Below the pieces are notes generated by a model. The model did no database searches, had not been told where the DNA came from, and saw only the letters and a program-made list of their open reading frames with translations. DNA of 64,000 nucleotides from the human T2T-CHM13v2.0 reference genome, Homo sapiens. Of the stretch, positions 28,601 to 41,200 are shown in pieces; the stretch's first letter is position 1, and every line of letters begins with the position of its first letter. The stretch spans positions 10,368,001 through 10,432,000 of the forward strand of contig CP068257.2 in NCBI GenBank assembly GCA_009914755.4, read 5' to 3'. Position numbers and translations under genes: made by a program.

Positions 28601-31600
28601 GTAGGGGAGTGGAATGTAATGTAATTGAATGGAATGGATTCGAATGGAATGGACTGGAATTTAATGGACTGGAATGGAATGGACTCTAATGGAATGGAAT
28701 CAAATGGAAAGGAAACGAACGGAATGGAATCGAATTGAATGGATTCGAATGGAATGGACTGGAATGGAATGGACTCGAATGGATGGCACACGAATAGAAT
28801 GGAATTGAATGGAATGGAATGGCATGGATTCAAATGGAAGGGACTGGAATTTAATGGATTGGAATAGAATGGACTGGAATATAACGGAATAGAATGGAAT
28901 GGTTTCAAACGGAATAGAATCAAATGGAATAGATTCAAATGCAATGGAGTCGAACGGAACGGAATCGAATGGAATGGATTTGAATGGAATGTACTGGATT
29001 GGAATGGACGCAAAAGTAATGCACTCGAATGGATCGGACTGGAATGGAATGGACTCAGATGGAATGCAATAGAAACGAATGGAATTGAATGGCATTGAAT
29101 GGAATCGAATGGAATGTGATGAAGTGGAGTGGAGTGGAGTGGAGGGAAATGCAGTGGAATGGAATGTGGTGGAATGGAATTGAATGGAGTGGAGTGGAGT
29201 GGAGTGGAATGCAATGGAATGTACTGGAATGGCGTCGATTGGACTGCAGTGTAGTGGATTGTAGTGGAGGGGAATGGAGTGGAAAGGAGTGGAGTGAAGT
29301 GGAGTGGAATGGAATGCAGTCGAGTGGAATGGAATGGAATGGAATGGAGTGGAAAGGAATGGAATGGAATTGAATGGAATGGAAAGGAAAGGAAGGGAAT
29401 GGAGTGGAGTGTAGTGGACTGGAGTGGAGTGGAGTTGAATGGAGTTGAGTGTAGTGGAGTGGAATGGAGTGGTTTGGAGTGGAATGGAATGGAATGGCAT
29501 GGACTCAAATGGAAAAGACTCAAATGGAATGGACTGGAATATAGTGTACATTAATTGAATGGACTCGAATGGAATGGACTCGAATGGAATGTATTGGAAT
29601 GGAATGGACTCAAATGGAGTGGAATCGGATGGAATAGAATCGAATGGAAAGGAATCGAATGGAATGGAATCGAATGGAATGGAATCAAATGTAATAGAAT
29701 CGAATGGCCACGAATGGCATCGAATGGGACCAAATAGAATGTGGTGAGGTGGAGTGGAGTGGAGTGGAATTGAGTGGAATGGAATCATGTGGAACGCAAC
29801 TGAATGTAGTAGCTTGGATTCTTGTGGAGTGGAGTAGAATGTAATGGAATGGGAAGGCGTGGAAGTGAACGGAATGGAGTGGAGTGGAATGGAGTGGAAT
29901 GGACTGCAATGGAATGGAATGGAATGGAATGAAGTGGAGTGGAATGGAATGGAACCGAAAGGAATGGAAGGGAATGGAATGCTATGGAATGGAGTGTAGT
30001 GGAGTGGAATGGAGTGTAATGGAATGGAGTGGAATGGAATGGAATGAAGAGGAGTGGACTGGATTGGAATGCACTAGAATGGAATAAAATGGAATGGACT
30101 CGAATAGAATGGGCTTGGATGAAACGAAGTGTGATGTAATGGACTGGAATGGAATGGGCTGGAAAGGAATGGACTCGAATGGAATGGAATCGAACGGAAT
30201 GAAAAAGAGTGGAATGGAATCTAACGCAATGTAATCAAAAGGCATCGAATGGAATCAAATGGACTTAGTGAACTGGAGTTAATTGGAGTGGAAGGGAGTG
30301 GAATGGAATGGGGTGGAAAGGAATTTAATGGAGTGAAGTGAAGTGGAGTGGAATGGAGTGGAACGGAATGGAATTGATTGGAGTAGAGATGAGTGGAGTG
30401 GGGTGGAGACGAATGCACTGGAATGGAATGGAAAGGAATGGAGTGGAGTGGAGTGGGGTGGAACCGAGTGGAATGGAATGGAATGGAAAAGAATGGCATG
30501 GAATGGATTGAAATGGAATAGACTGGAATGGAATGGAGTCTAATCGAATGGACTCGAATGGCACGTAATCCAATTGAGTGGACTCGAAAGGAATGGACTC
30601 AAATGGAATGGACTCGAATGTAATGGTCTCGAATTGAATGGAAACCTAGAGATTGGAATCGAATGGAAAAGCATCCAATGGAATGGAATCGAATGGAATG
30701 GAATCTAACGGACTGGAATCAAATGCAATGGAATTGAATGTAATGGAATCTAAAGGAATGGAATCGAGTGGAATGGAATCGAATGGAAAGTAATCAAATG
30801 GCATGGAATGAAATCGAATGGAATATGGTCAAATGAAGTGGAGTAGAGTGGAATGGAATGGTGTTCAATGGAACTGAAGGGAGTGGAGTGGAGTTGAATG
30901 TAGTGGAAAGGAATGTAATGGGAAGGAAAGGAAGTGAACAGAGTGGAGTGGAGTGGAATGCAATGGAATGGAATGGATTGGAGTGGACTTGAGTTGAGTG
31001 GAGTGGAGTGGATCAGATTGGAATGGAATGGAGTGGAATGGAGTAGAGCGGAATAAAATGCAATGGAATGCAATGCAAAGTAATGGAATGGAGTGGAATG
31101 GAGTGGACTGGAGTGGAGTGGAGTGGAATGGAATGGAGTCGAGTGGAATGGAAGGGAATGCAGTGGATTGGAATGGAAGGGAATGGAATGGAATAGAATG
31201 GAATATAATGGAATGGAATGGAATTTAATGGAGTGGAGTGGAATAGAATGGAATGGAGTGGATTGGAATGGAATGGGTTGGAAAGGAATGGAATGGAATG
31301 GAGTGCAGAAAAGTGGAGTGCAGAGGAGTGCAGGGAGTGTTATGGAGTGGAATTGAATGGAATGGAATGGAATGGAATGGAATGGAATGGAATGGAATGG
31401 ACACGAATACAATGGACTTGAACGGAATGGACTCGAATGCAATGGACCCGAATAGAAAGGAATTGAATGGAATGGAATCAAAAGGAATGTAATCGAATGG
31501 CATTTAATATAATCGAATGGAATGTGGTGAAGTGGAGTGGAGTGGACTGGGATGGAGTGGAATGGAATGGGGTGGAATTGTATTGAATGGAGTGGAGTGC

Positions 31601-33115
31601 AGTGGAAAGGAATGGAGTGGAATGGAACGGAACGGGAGGGAATGGAATCGGAAGGAAGAGAATGGAATGGAGTGGAATGGAGTGGAGTGGAATGCAACGG
31701 AATGGAATGGAATGGATTGGAGTGGAGTTGTGTGGAGTGGAATGGAATGGAGCGGAATGGAATACAATGGAATGGAAATAAAAGCAGTGGAGTGGAGTGG
31801 AGCGGAATGGAGTGGAATGGAATGGAATTGAATGGGAAGGAATGGAATTGAATGGAGTGGAGGGCAATGGAATGGAATGGAATGAAGTGGAGGGGCTTGG
31901 AGTGGAGTGCAATGGAATGGAGAGGAGTGGAGTAGATTGCATTTTAGTGGAGCGGAGTTTAATGGAATGGAATGGAGTGGAATGGAATGGAATGGTTTTG
32001 AATGGAACTTAATCGAATGGTATGGAATCAAATGGGATGTAATCAAATACAAGGGAATAGAATGGAATGGAATCGAATGTAATGTAATCGAATGGAATGG
32101 AATCAAATGGAATTGAATTAAATGAAATGGAATCAAATGAAATGGACACGAAAAGAATGGAATGGAATGGAATGGACGTGAATGGAATGGACTAGAATGG
32201 ATTGGACTGGAATGGAATGGACTCGGATTCAATGGAATAGAATGGAATGGAATCGAATGGCATTGAATGGAATCGAATGGAATGCGGTGAAGTTGAGTGG
32301 AGTGGAGTGAAATGCAATGGAATGGAATGGGGTAGAATGGTATTGAATGGAGTGGAGAGGAGTGGAGTGGAAAGCAATGGAATGGAATGGAATGGCATGG
32401 ATTGGATTGGAGGGTAGTGGACTGTAGTGGAGTGGAATGGAGTGGAATGGATTGGAGTGGAGAGGAGTGGAGAGGACTGGAGTGGAATGGAGTGGAGAAG
32501 AGTGGAGAGGAGTGGAGTTGAATGACATTAAATGGAATGGAGTTGAGTGGAATCGATTGGAATAGAGTAGAGGAGAGTGTAATGGAGTGCAATGTAATGT
32601 AATGGAATGGAATGGAATTTAACAGAGTGAAGTGGAGTGGAGTGGAATGCAATGGAATGGAATTGAATGGAGTGGAGTGGAGTCGAATGGAATGCAATGG
32701 AATGGAATGGAATGGAATCTAATGGAATGGATTTGAATGGAATGGAATCAAATGGAAGGGAATGGGATGGAATTAATAGAATGGAATGGATTTGAAAGAA
32801 ACGGAATTGAATGGGATCAAATGGAATCGAATGGAATGTGGTGAAGTGGAGTGGAGTGGAATTGAGTGTAATGGAATTTGGCGGAATGCAATTGAATGGA
32901 GTGGAGTGGTTTTGAATGGACAGGAAAGGAATGGAATGGGAATGAATGTAATTGAATGGAGTGGAGGCGAGTGGAGTGGAATGCAAAAGAATGGAATGGA
33001 ATGGAGTGTAGGGGAGTGGAGTAAATTCTAGTGGAGTGGAGAGGAATGGAGTGGAATGGTATGGAATGGAAAGGAATGGAGTGCAATTGAATCGAATGGA
33101 ATGGAATGGAATGGA

Positions 33116-33225
33116 ATGCAGTGGAGTAGAGTGGAGTGGACTGCAGTTAAATGGAATGGAATGGAATGGAATGCAGTGGAGTAGAGTGGAGTGGACTGCA
33201 GTTAAATGGAATGGAATGGAATGGA
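33116..33225 (+). repeat. Perfect 55-bp tandem duplication within HSat3
   Basis: 33116-33170 and 33171-33225 are both ATGCAGTGGAGTAGAGTGGAGTGGACTGCAGTTAAATGGAATGGAATGGAATGGA. I verified this from the 10-mer blocks of the sequence. Confidence 0.9.
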
Positions 33226-34641
33226 ATGGAATGGAATGGAGTGTAGGGAATTGGAATGCAATGGAATGGAATGGAAAGGAATGGAATGGATTCCAATGGA
33301 ATGGAATGGACTGTAATGGAATCGACTGGAATGGAATGGATTCGAATGGAAAGAAATCAAATGGAATGGAAACGAATGGAATGGATTCGAGTAGAATGGA
33401 CTGGTATGGAATGGACTAGAATGGACTGGACACGAATGGAATGGAATTGAATGTAATGGAATGGAATGGAAAGGTTATGGAATGGAATGAATTAGAATGG
33501 ATTGGACTGGAATTTAATGGACTGGAATGGAATGGAATGGAGTGTAATGGACTCGAATGGAATGGAATTGAATGGAATGGATTCGAGCAGAATGGAATTG
33601 AATGGAATGGATTCGAAAGGAATGGAATCAAATGGAATGGAATCGAATTGAATGGATACCAATGGAATTGACTGGAATGGAAGGGATGCAAAATGGAATG
33701 GACTCGAATGGATTTGACTGGAATGGAATGGAATCGTATGGAATGGAATTGAATGCAATGGAATCGAATGGCATCAAATGGAATCGAATGGAATGCGGTG
33801 AAGTGGAGTGGAGTGGAGTGAAATGCAGTGGAATGGAATGGGGTGGAATGGAATTGAATTGAGTGGGGCAGAGTGGAGTGGAATGGAGTGGAATTGAATG
33901 GAGGGGAAGGAATGGAATTGAACAGACTTGAGTGGAGAGGAGTGGATTGGAATGCAATAGAATGAAATGGAATGGAATGGAGTGGAGTGGAGTGGATTGG
34001 AGTGGAATTAAATAGAATGGAATGGAATGGAATGGAATGGAATGGAATGGAATGGAATGGAATGGAATGAACTCAAACGGAATGGACTGCAAGGGAATGG
34101 ACTGGAATGGAATGGACCCGAATGGAATGGACTGGAATGGAATGGACTCAAAAGGAATGAACTCGAATGTAATGGAGTAGAATGGAAAGGAATCGTACTG
34201 AATGGAATCGAATGGAATGGAATCAAATGAAATAATATGGAAAGGCGTCGAATGGAATCCAGTGTTATGCGGTGAAGTGGAGTGGAGAGGAGTGTAATTG
34301 AGTGGATTGGAATGGGGTGGAATGGAAAGGAATGCAGTGGAGTGCACTGGAGTGCAATAGAGTGGAATGGAATGGAATGGGAAGGAATGGAATTGAACTG
34401 AGTGGAGTTGAGTGGAGCGGAGAGGAGTGGAATGCAAAGGAATGGTAAGGAGTGCAAAGGAATGGAATGGAATGGACTGGAATGGAAAGGACTCGAATGG
34501 AACGGAATTGAATGGAATGGACGCGAATGGTATGGACTCGAATGCAATGTAATCAAACGGAGTGGAATCAAATGGCACTGAATTGAATAAAATGGAATCA
34601 AATGGAAAGGAATCGGAAGGCAACGAGTGGAAGGGAATGGA

Positions 34642-35230
34642 ATGTGGTTAATTGGAGTGCAATGAATTGGAATGCAGTGGAATGGAATGAGGTGGAATGG
34701 AATTGATTGGAGTGGAGTGGAGTGGAGCAGAATGCAATGGAATGGAATGGACCAGCATGGATTGGAGTTGAGTGGAGTAGAGTGGAGTGGAGAGTAGTGG
34801 AATGGAGTGTAGTGTAGTGGAGTGGAGTGGAGTGGAGTGGAATGGAATGCACAGGAAAGGAATGGACTAGAATGGAACGGACATGAATGGAATGGACTCG
34901 AATGGAATGGACTCGAATGCAATGGAATCAAATGGAATGGAATAGAATGGAACGGAATTGAATGAAATGGAATCAAATGGAAAGGAATCAAATGGCATCA
35001 AACAGAATGGAATGGAATGTGGTTAATTGGAGTGCAGTGCATTGGAATGGAATGGTGTGCAATGGAATTGAATGGAGTGGAGTGGAGTGGAGCAGAATGC
35101 AATGGAATGGAAGGGAACAGCATGGATTGGAGTTGAGTGTAGTAGAGTGGAGTGGAGTGGAAGGGAGTGGAGTGGAGTGTAGTGGAGTGGAGTGGAGTGG
35201 AAAGGAATGGAGTCTAGTGGAATGTAATGG
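34642..35230 (+). repeat. ~375-bp tandem duplication within HSat3 (2 copies, ~90% identical)
   Basis: ATGTGGTTAATTGGAGTGCA(A/G)TG(A/C)ATTGGAATG...GGAGTGGAGTGGAGTGGAGCAGAATGCAATGGAATGGAA(T/G)GGA(C/A)CAGCATGGATTGGAGTTGAGTG(G/T)AGTAGAGTGGAGTGGAG... starts at 34,642 and again at 35,017. The offset is 375 bp. The preceding ~60 bp (...AAATGGAAAGGAATC(G/A)...) is also shared. Confidence 0.8.
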
Positions 35231-38200
35231 AATAGAATGGAATGGAATGTAGTGGAATGGAATGGAATGGAGTTGAAATAAATGGAAAGGAATGCAATGG
35301 AATGGAATGGAATGGATTGGAATGGGATGGAATGGAAAGGAGTGGAATGGAATGTAACGTAGTGGAATGGAAAGTATTGGAGGGGAATGGAATGGAGTGG
35401 AAAGGAATGGAATTTAACAGAGTGGAGTGGAGTGTAGGGGAGTGGAGTGGAATGCTATGGAATGTAATGGAATGGAGTGGAGTGGAAAGCAGTGAATTGG
35501 AGTGGAGTGGAATGGAGTGGAATGGAGTGGAGTGGAATGGGATGAAATGGAATATGGTGGAGTGGAGTGGAATGGGATGAATTGGAATATGGTGGAGTGG
35601 AATGGAATGGAATGGAGTGGATGAGAGTGGAATGGAGTGGAATGGAATGGTATGGAATTGAACGGAGTGGAGTGGAATGCAATGGAATGGAATTGAATGG
35701 AGAAGACGGGAGTGTAGTGGAGGGGAGTGGAATGGAATCGAGTAGAATGGACTGGAATGGAATGGACACGAATAGAATGGACTTGAGTGGAATGGAATCG
35801 AAAGGAATGAAATTGAATGGAATGGAATTGAATGGAATTGATGTGAAACGAAAAGAACAGAAGGGAATCGAATGGAATTCAATGGAATGCGGTAAAGTGG
35901 CGTAGAATGGAGTGGAATGCAGTGGAATGGAAAGGAATGGGAAGGAATGGAATTGAAGGGAGTGGAGTGGAATGCAGTGGAATGGAGTGGAATGGAATGA
36001 GGTGGAATGGAATTGAACTGAGTGGAGTGGAGAGGAATGAAATGGAATGGAATGGAATGGTGTGGATTGGATTGGAGTGCAGTGGATTGTAGTGGAGTAG
36101 AGTGGAATGGAGTGCAGTGGAGTGGAGTGGAGTGGAATGGAATGGTGCCGAGTGGTATGAAATGGAATGGAATGGAATGGAATGCAGTGGAATGGAGTGG
36201 AATGCAGTGGAAAGGAATTGAATGGAATGGAATGGAGTGGAGTGGAGTGGAATCTTATGGAATGGAATGGAATGGAGTGGAGTGGAATGGAATGGAGTGG
36301 ATTCGAATGGAATGGAATGGAGATGAGTGGAATGGAATGGAATTGAGGGGAATGGAATAGGGTTGACAGGATTGGAATTTAACGGAGTGGTGTGGAGTGG
36401 AGTGGAATGCTATGGAATATAATGGAATGGAGTCGAGTGGAAAGGAGTAAAGTGGAGTAGAGTGGAATGGATTGTAGTGGAGTGGAGTGGAATGGAATGA
36501 AATGGAATGTGGTGGAGTGGAATGGAATGGAATGAGTAGACGGGAGTAGAATTGAGTGGAATGGAATGGAATGGAAAAAAACTAAACGCAGTGGAGTGGA
36601 GAGGAATTCAATGGAATGGAATTGAATGGAGAGGAGTGCAGGGAAGTGGAGTGGAACAGAATGGAATAGAATGGACTGGAATGGAATGGACACGAATGGA
36701 ATGGACTTGAGTGGAATAGAATCGAATGGAATGGAATTGAATCGAATGGAATTGAATGGAATCATTTGAAAGGAATGGAATCGAAGGGAATCGAATGCAA
36801 TTCAATGGAATACAGTGAAGTGGCGTGGAGTGGAGTGGAATGAAGTGGAATGGAATAGAGTGGGAAGGAATGGAATTGAATGGAGTGTTGTGTAATGGAT
36901 TGGAATGGAGTGGAATGGAATCGGGTGGAATGGAATTGAATTGAATGGATGGGAGAGGAACGCAATGGAATGGATTGGAATGGCATGGATTGGATTGGAG
37001 TGTAGTGGACTGTACAGGAGTGAAGTGGAGTGTAGGGGAGTGGAATTGAATGGTGTCAAGTGGAATGTAATGAAATGGAATGTAAAGAAATGGAGTGGAA
37101 TGGAGTGGAATGGAGTGCAAAGAAATTAAATGGAATGGAATGTAAGGGATAGGAATGGAATTGAATGGAGTGGATTGGAATGGAATGGAGTGAGTGGAAT
37201 GGAATGCAATGGAGGGGAATGGAATGTGGTTGACAGGAGAGGAAATTAACTGATTGGAGTGGAGAGGAGTTGAATGCTATAGAATGGAATGGAATGGAGT
37301 GGAGTGGTGAGTAGTGCAGTGGAGTGTAATGGAGTGAGGTGGAGTGGAGAGGAGTGGAGTGGAATTGAATGAAATGGAATGGAGTGGAGTGGAAAGGACT
37401 GGAATGTAGTGGAGGGGAGTGGAATGGAGTGTATTGTAATGGAATGGAATGGAATGGAACTTAGTGTAGTGGAGTGGAGAGGAGTGGAATGGAATGCAAT
37501 GGAATGGAATTGAATGGTGTGGAGTGGAGTGGAGTGGGGTGGGGTGGTGTGGAGTGGAATGGAATGGAATGGTATGGAATGGACACGAATGGAATGGACT
37601 GGAATGGAATGGAATCAAATGAAATGGAATCAAATTGAATTAATTGAATAGAATGGATTCGAAAGGAATGGAATCGAATGGCATCGAATGGAATGTGGAG
37701 AAGTGGAGTGGAGTGGAATGGAGTGGAATGGAATTTGGTGGAATGCAATTGAATGGAGTGGATTGGAGTGGGGTGGAATGGAGTGGTATGGAATGGAATG
37801 GGAATGAATGGAATTGATTGGAGTGGAGTGGAGTGGATTGGAGTGGAATGCAAAGGAATGGAATGGAGTGGAGTGGAGTGGAGTAAACTGTAGTGGAGTG
37901 GAGTAGAAAGGAATGGAATAAAATGGACTAGAATGAAATGGACACGAATAGAATGGACTTAAGTGGAATGTAATCGAATGGAATGGAATAGAAAGGAATG
38001 GAAATTAATGGAATGGATTTGAAAGGAATGGGAACGAATGGAATCTAATGGAATTAAATGGAATGCAGTGAAGTGGCGTAGAGTGGCTGCAATGTTATGG
38101 AATGGAATGGAATGGGAATGAATTGAATTGAATGGAGTGGAGTGGAATGTAGTGGAATGGAATGGGGTGGAATGGAATTGAATTGAATGTAGTGGAGTGG

Positions 38201-41200
38201 AATGCAATGGAATGGAATGGAAGGACATGGATTGGATTGGAGTGTAGTGGATTGTAGTGGAGTGGAGTGGAGAAGAATGGAGTGGAGTTGAGTGGAGTGG
38301 AATGGAATGGTGTCGAGTGGAATGGAATGGAAAAGATTGGAGTGGAATGGAGTGGAATGGATTGGAATGAAATTTTTTGGAATGCAATTGAATCGAGTGG
38401 ATTGCAGTGGAGTCGAATGGAGTGGAATGGAATGGAATGGGAATGAATGGAATTGAATGTAGTGGAGTGGAGTGGAATGCAAAGGAATGGAATGTAGTGG
38501 AGTGGAGTGGAGAGGAGTAAACTGTAGTGCAGTGGTGAGGAATGGAGAGGAATGGAATGAAATGGAATGGAATGGAATGGAATGGAATGGAATGGAGAGC
38601 AATTGAATCAAATGCAATGTGATGGAAAGCAATGCAGTGGAGTGGAGAGGAGTGGAGTGGAGTGCAGTAGAATGGAGTGGAGTGGAATAGAATGGAATGG
38701 AATAGAATGGAATGGAATGGAAGAGAGTGGAATGGAATGGACTTGAATGGATTGGACTCAAATGGATTTGAATGGAATGGAATGGAATCGAATCGAATGG
38801 GATGGAATTGAAAGGTATGGAATCGAATGGAATTGAGTTGGAATGGAATGGAATTGAAAGGCATCAAATGTAATCAAATGGAATGGAATCGAATGGCCTC
38901 GAATGGAAGCAAATGGAATGTGATGAAATGGAGTGGAGAGTTGTGGAATGGAGTGTGATGGAATGGGTTAGAATGGAATTGAATATACTGGAATGGAGTG
39001 TAGTGGAATGGAGTGGGATGGAATGGAATGGGAAGGAATGGAATTGAACGGAGTGCAGTGGAGTGCAGTGGAGTGGAGTTGAAGGCAATGAAATGGAATA
39101 GAATGGGGTAGAGTGGAGTAGAGCAGAGTGGAGTGGCGTGGAATGGAGTGAAGTGGAGTAGCGTGGAGTGGAATTGAGTGGAGAGGAGTCGAGTGGAGTG
39201 GAATGGAATTGAATGAAATGGAATTGAGTGGAATGGAATGGAATATAATGGAATGGAATGCAATGGAATGGGAAGGAATGGAATTGAACGGAATGGAGTG
39301 GAGTGGAATGGAATGGAATGGACGGAATGGAATTCAATGGAGTGGAGTGGAGTGAAGTGCATTGGAGTGCAATTGAATGCAATGGATTGTAGTGGAGTAC
39401 AGTTGAGAGGAGTGTATTGGAATGCCCAGGACTGGAATATGATGGAGTGGAGTGGAGTGGAGTGGAATGGAGTGGAGTATAGAGTCGTGGAGTGGAGCGT
39501 AATGGAATGGAGTGGAGTGGGATGGAATTGACTCAAGTGGAGTGGAGTGGAATGGAGTGGAATCGAATGGAATGGAAAGGAGGGGCGTGGAATAGAGTGG
39601 AGTGGAGTGGAGTAGAATGGAATAGAGTGGTATGGAATGGAATGGAATGGAATGGAATGAAATGGAGGGGAGTGGAGTGGAGGGGAATGTAGTGGAGTGG
39701 AGTGGTGTGGAGTTGAGTGGAGTGGAGTGGAATGGAGCAGAATGGAATGGAATGGAGTGGAGTGGTGTGGAGTTTAATGGAATGCATTGGAGTGGAATGG
39801 AATGGAGTGGAATGGAATGGAATGGAGTGGAATGGAATGGAATGGAATGGACACGAATGGGATGGACTTGAATGGAATGAACTGGAATGGGATGTCCTCG
39901 AATGGAATGGAGTCGAATAGAATGCACTTGAATGGAATGGACTCGAATGGAATGGACTCGAACAGAATGGAATCGAATGGAATGTAATTGAATGGAGTGT
40001 AATCGAACAGAATGGAATCGGATGGAATGATAGCAGATGGAATGGAATGGAATGGAATGGAATCGAATGGCATTGAATGGAATGCGGTGAAGTGGAGTGT
40101 AGTGGATTGGAGTGCAGTGGATTGGAATGGAAAGTGATGGAATGGAATTGAATGGACTGAAGTGGAGTGGAATGGAATGGGAAGGAATGGAATTAAATGC
40201 AGTGGAGTGCAGTGGATTGGAATGCAATGGAATGGTATGGAATGGAGTGGAGTCGAGTGGAGGGGAGTGGAGTGGATTGAAGTGAAGTGTAATGCATGTG
40301 AATGGAATAGAATGGAGTGGAAAGAAATGCAGTGGAATCGAATGCAGTGTAATGGAATGTAGTGGGGGTGGAATAGAATAGAATAGAATGGAATGGAGTA
40401 GAGTGAAATGAAGTGGAATGCATTGGAGTGGAATAGAATGGAGTGGAGTGAAGTGGAGTGGATGGAATGGAGTGGGGTGGAGTGGAATGGAATGGAATGG
40501 AATGGAATGGAATGGAATGACTCAGATGGAATGGAATCGATGAAATGAACTGGAATGGAATGGACTCAAAGGGAATGGAGTGGAATCAAATGGAATGGGA
40601 TCAAATGGAATGGAAATGAATGGAATTAAAACCAACAGAATGGAACAGCATGGCATCGACTGGATTCGAATGGTAAATGGTGAAGGGGAGTGGGGTGGAG
40701 TGGACTGGAACAGAGTTGAATGGGGTTGAAAGAAATTTATTGGAGTGGAGTGCAGTGGAGTGGAGTGGAGTGGAATGGAATGCAATGAAAAGGAATGATA
40801 TTGAACAGAGTGGAGTGGAGTGGAATGCAATGGAAAGGAAAGGAATGGATTGGAGTGGAGTGGAGTGGAATGCAATGTAATGGAATAAATTGGAGTGGAG
40901 TGGAGTGGAATGGAATGGAAGAGATTGGATTGGATTGGAATGGAATGGAATGGACTCAAATGGAATGGACTGGAATGGAATTTACTGGAATGGAACGGAC
41001 TGGAATGGAATGCACTCGATTGGGATGGACAAAAATGGAAGTTCTCCAAAGTAATGAAACTGAATGGAAAGGAATTGAATGGAATCGAATCAAATGGAAT
41101 GGAATAGAAAGGAAAGGAATCGAATAGCATCAAACGGAATAGAAAGGAATGCGATGAATTGGAGTTTAGTGGACCGGAGTGGAATGGTATGGCACAGAAG

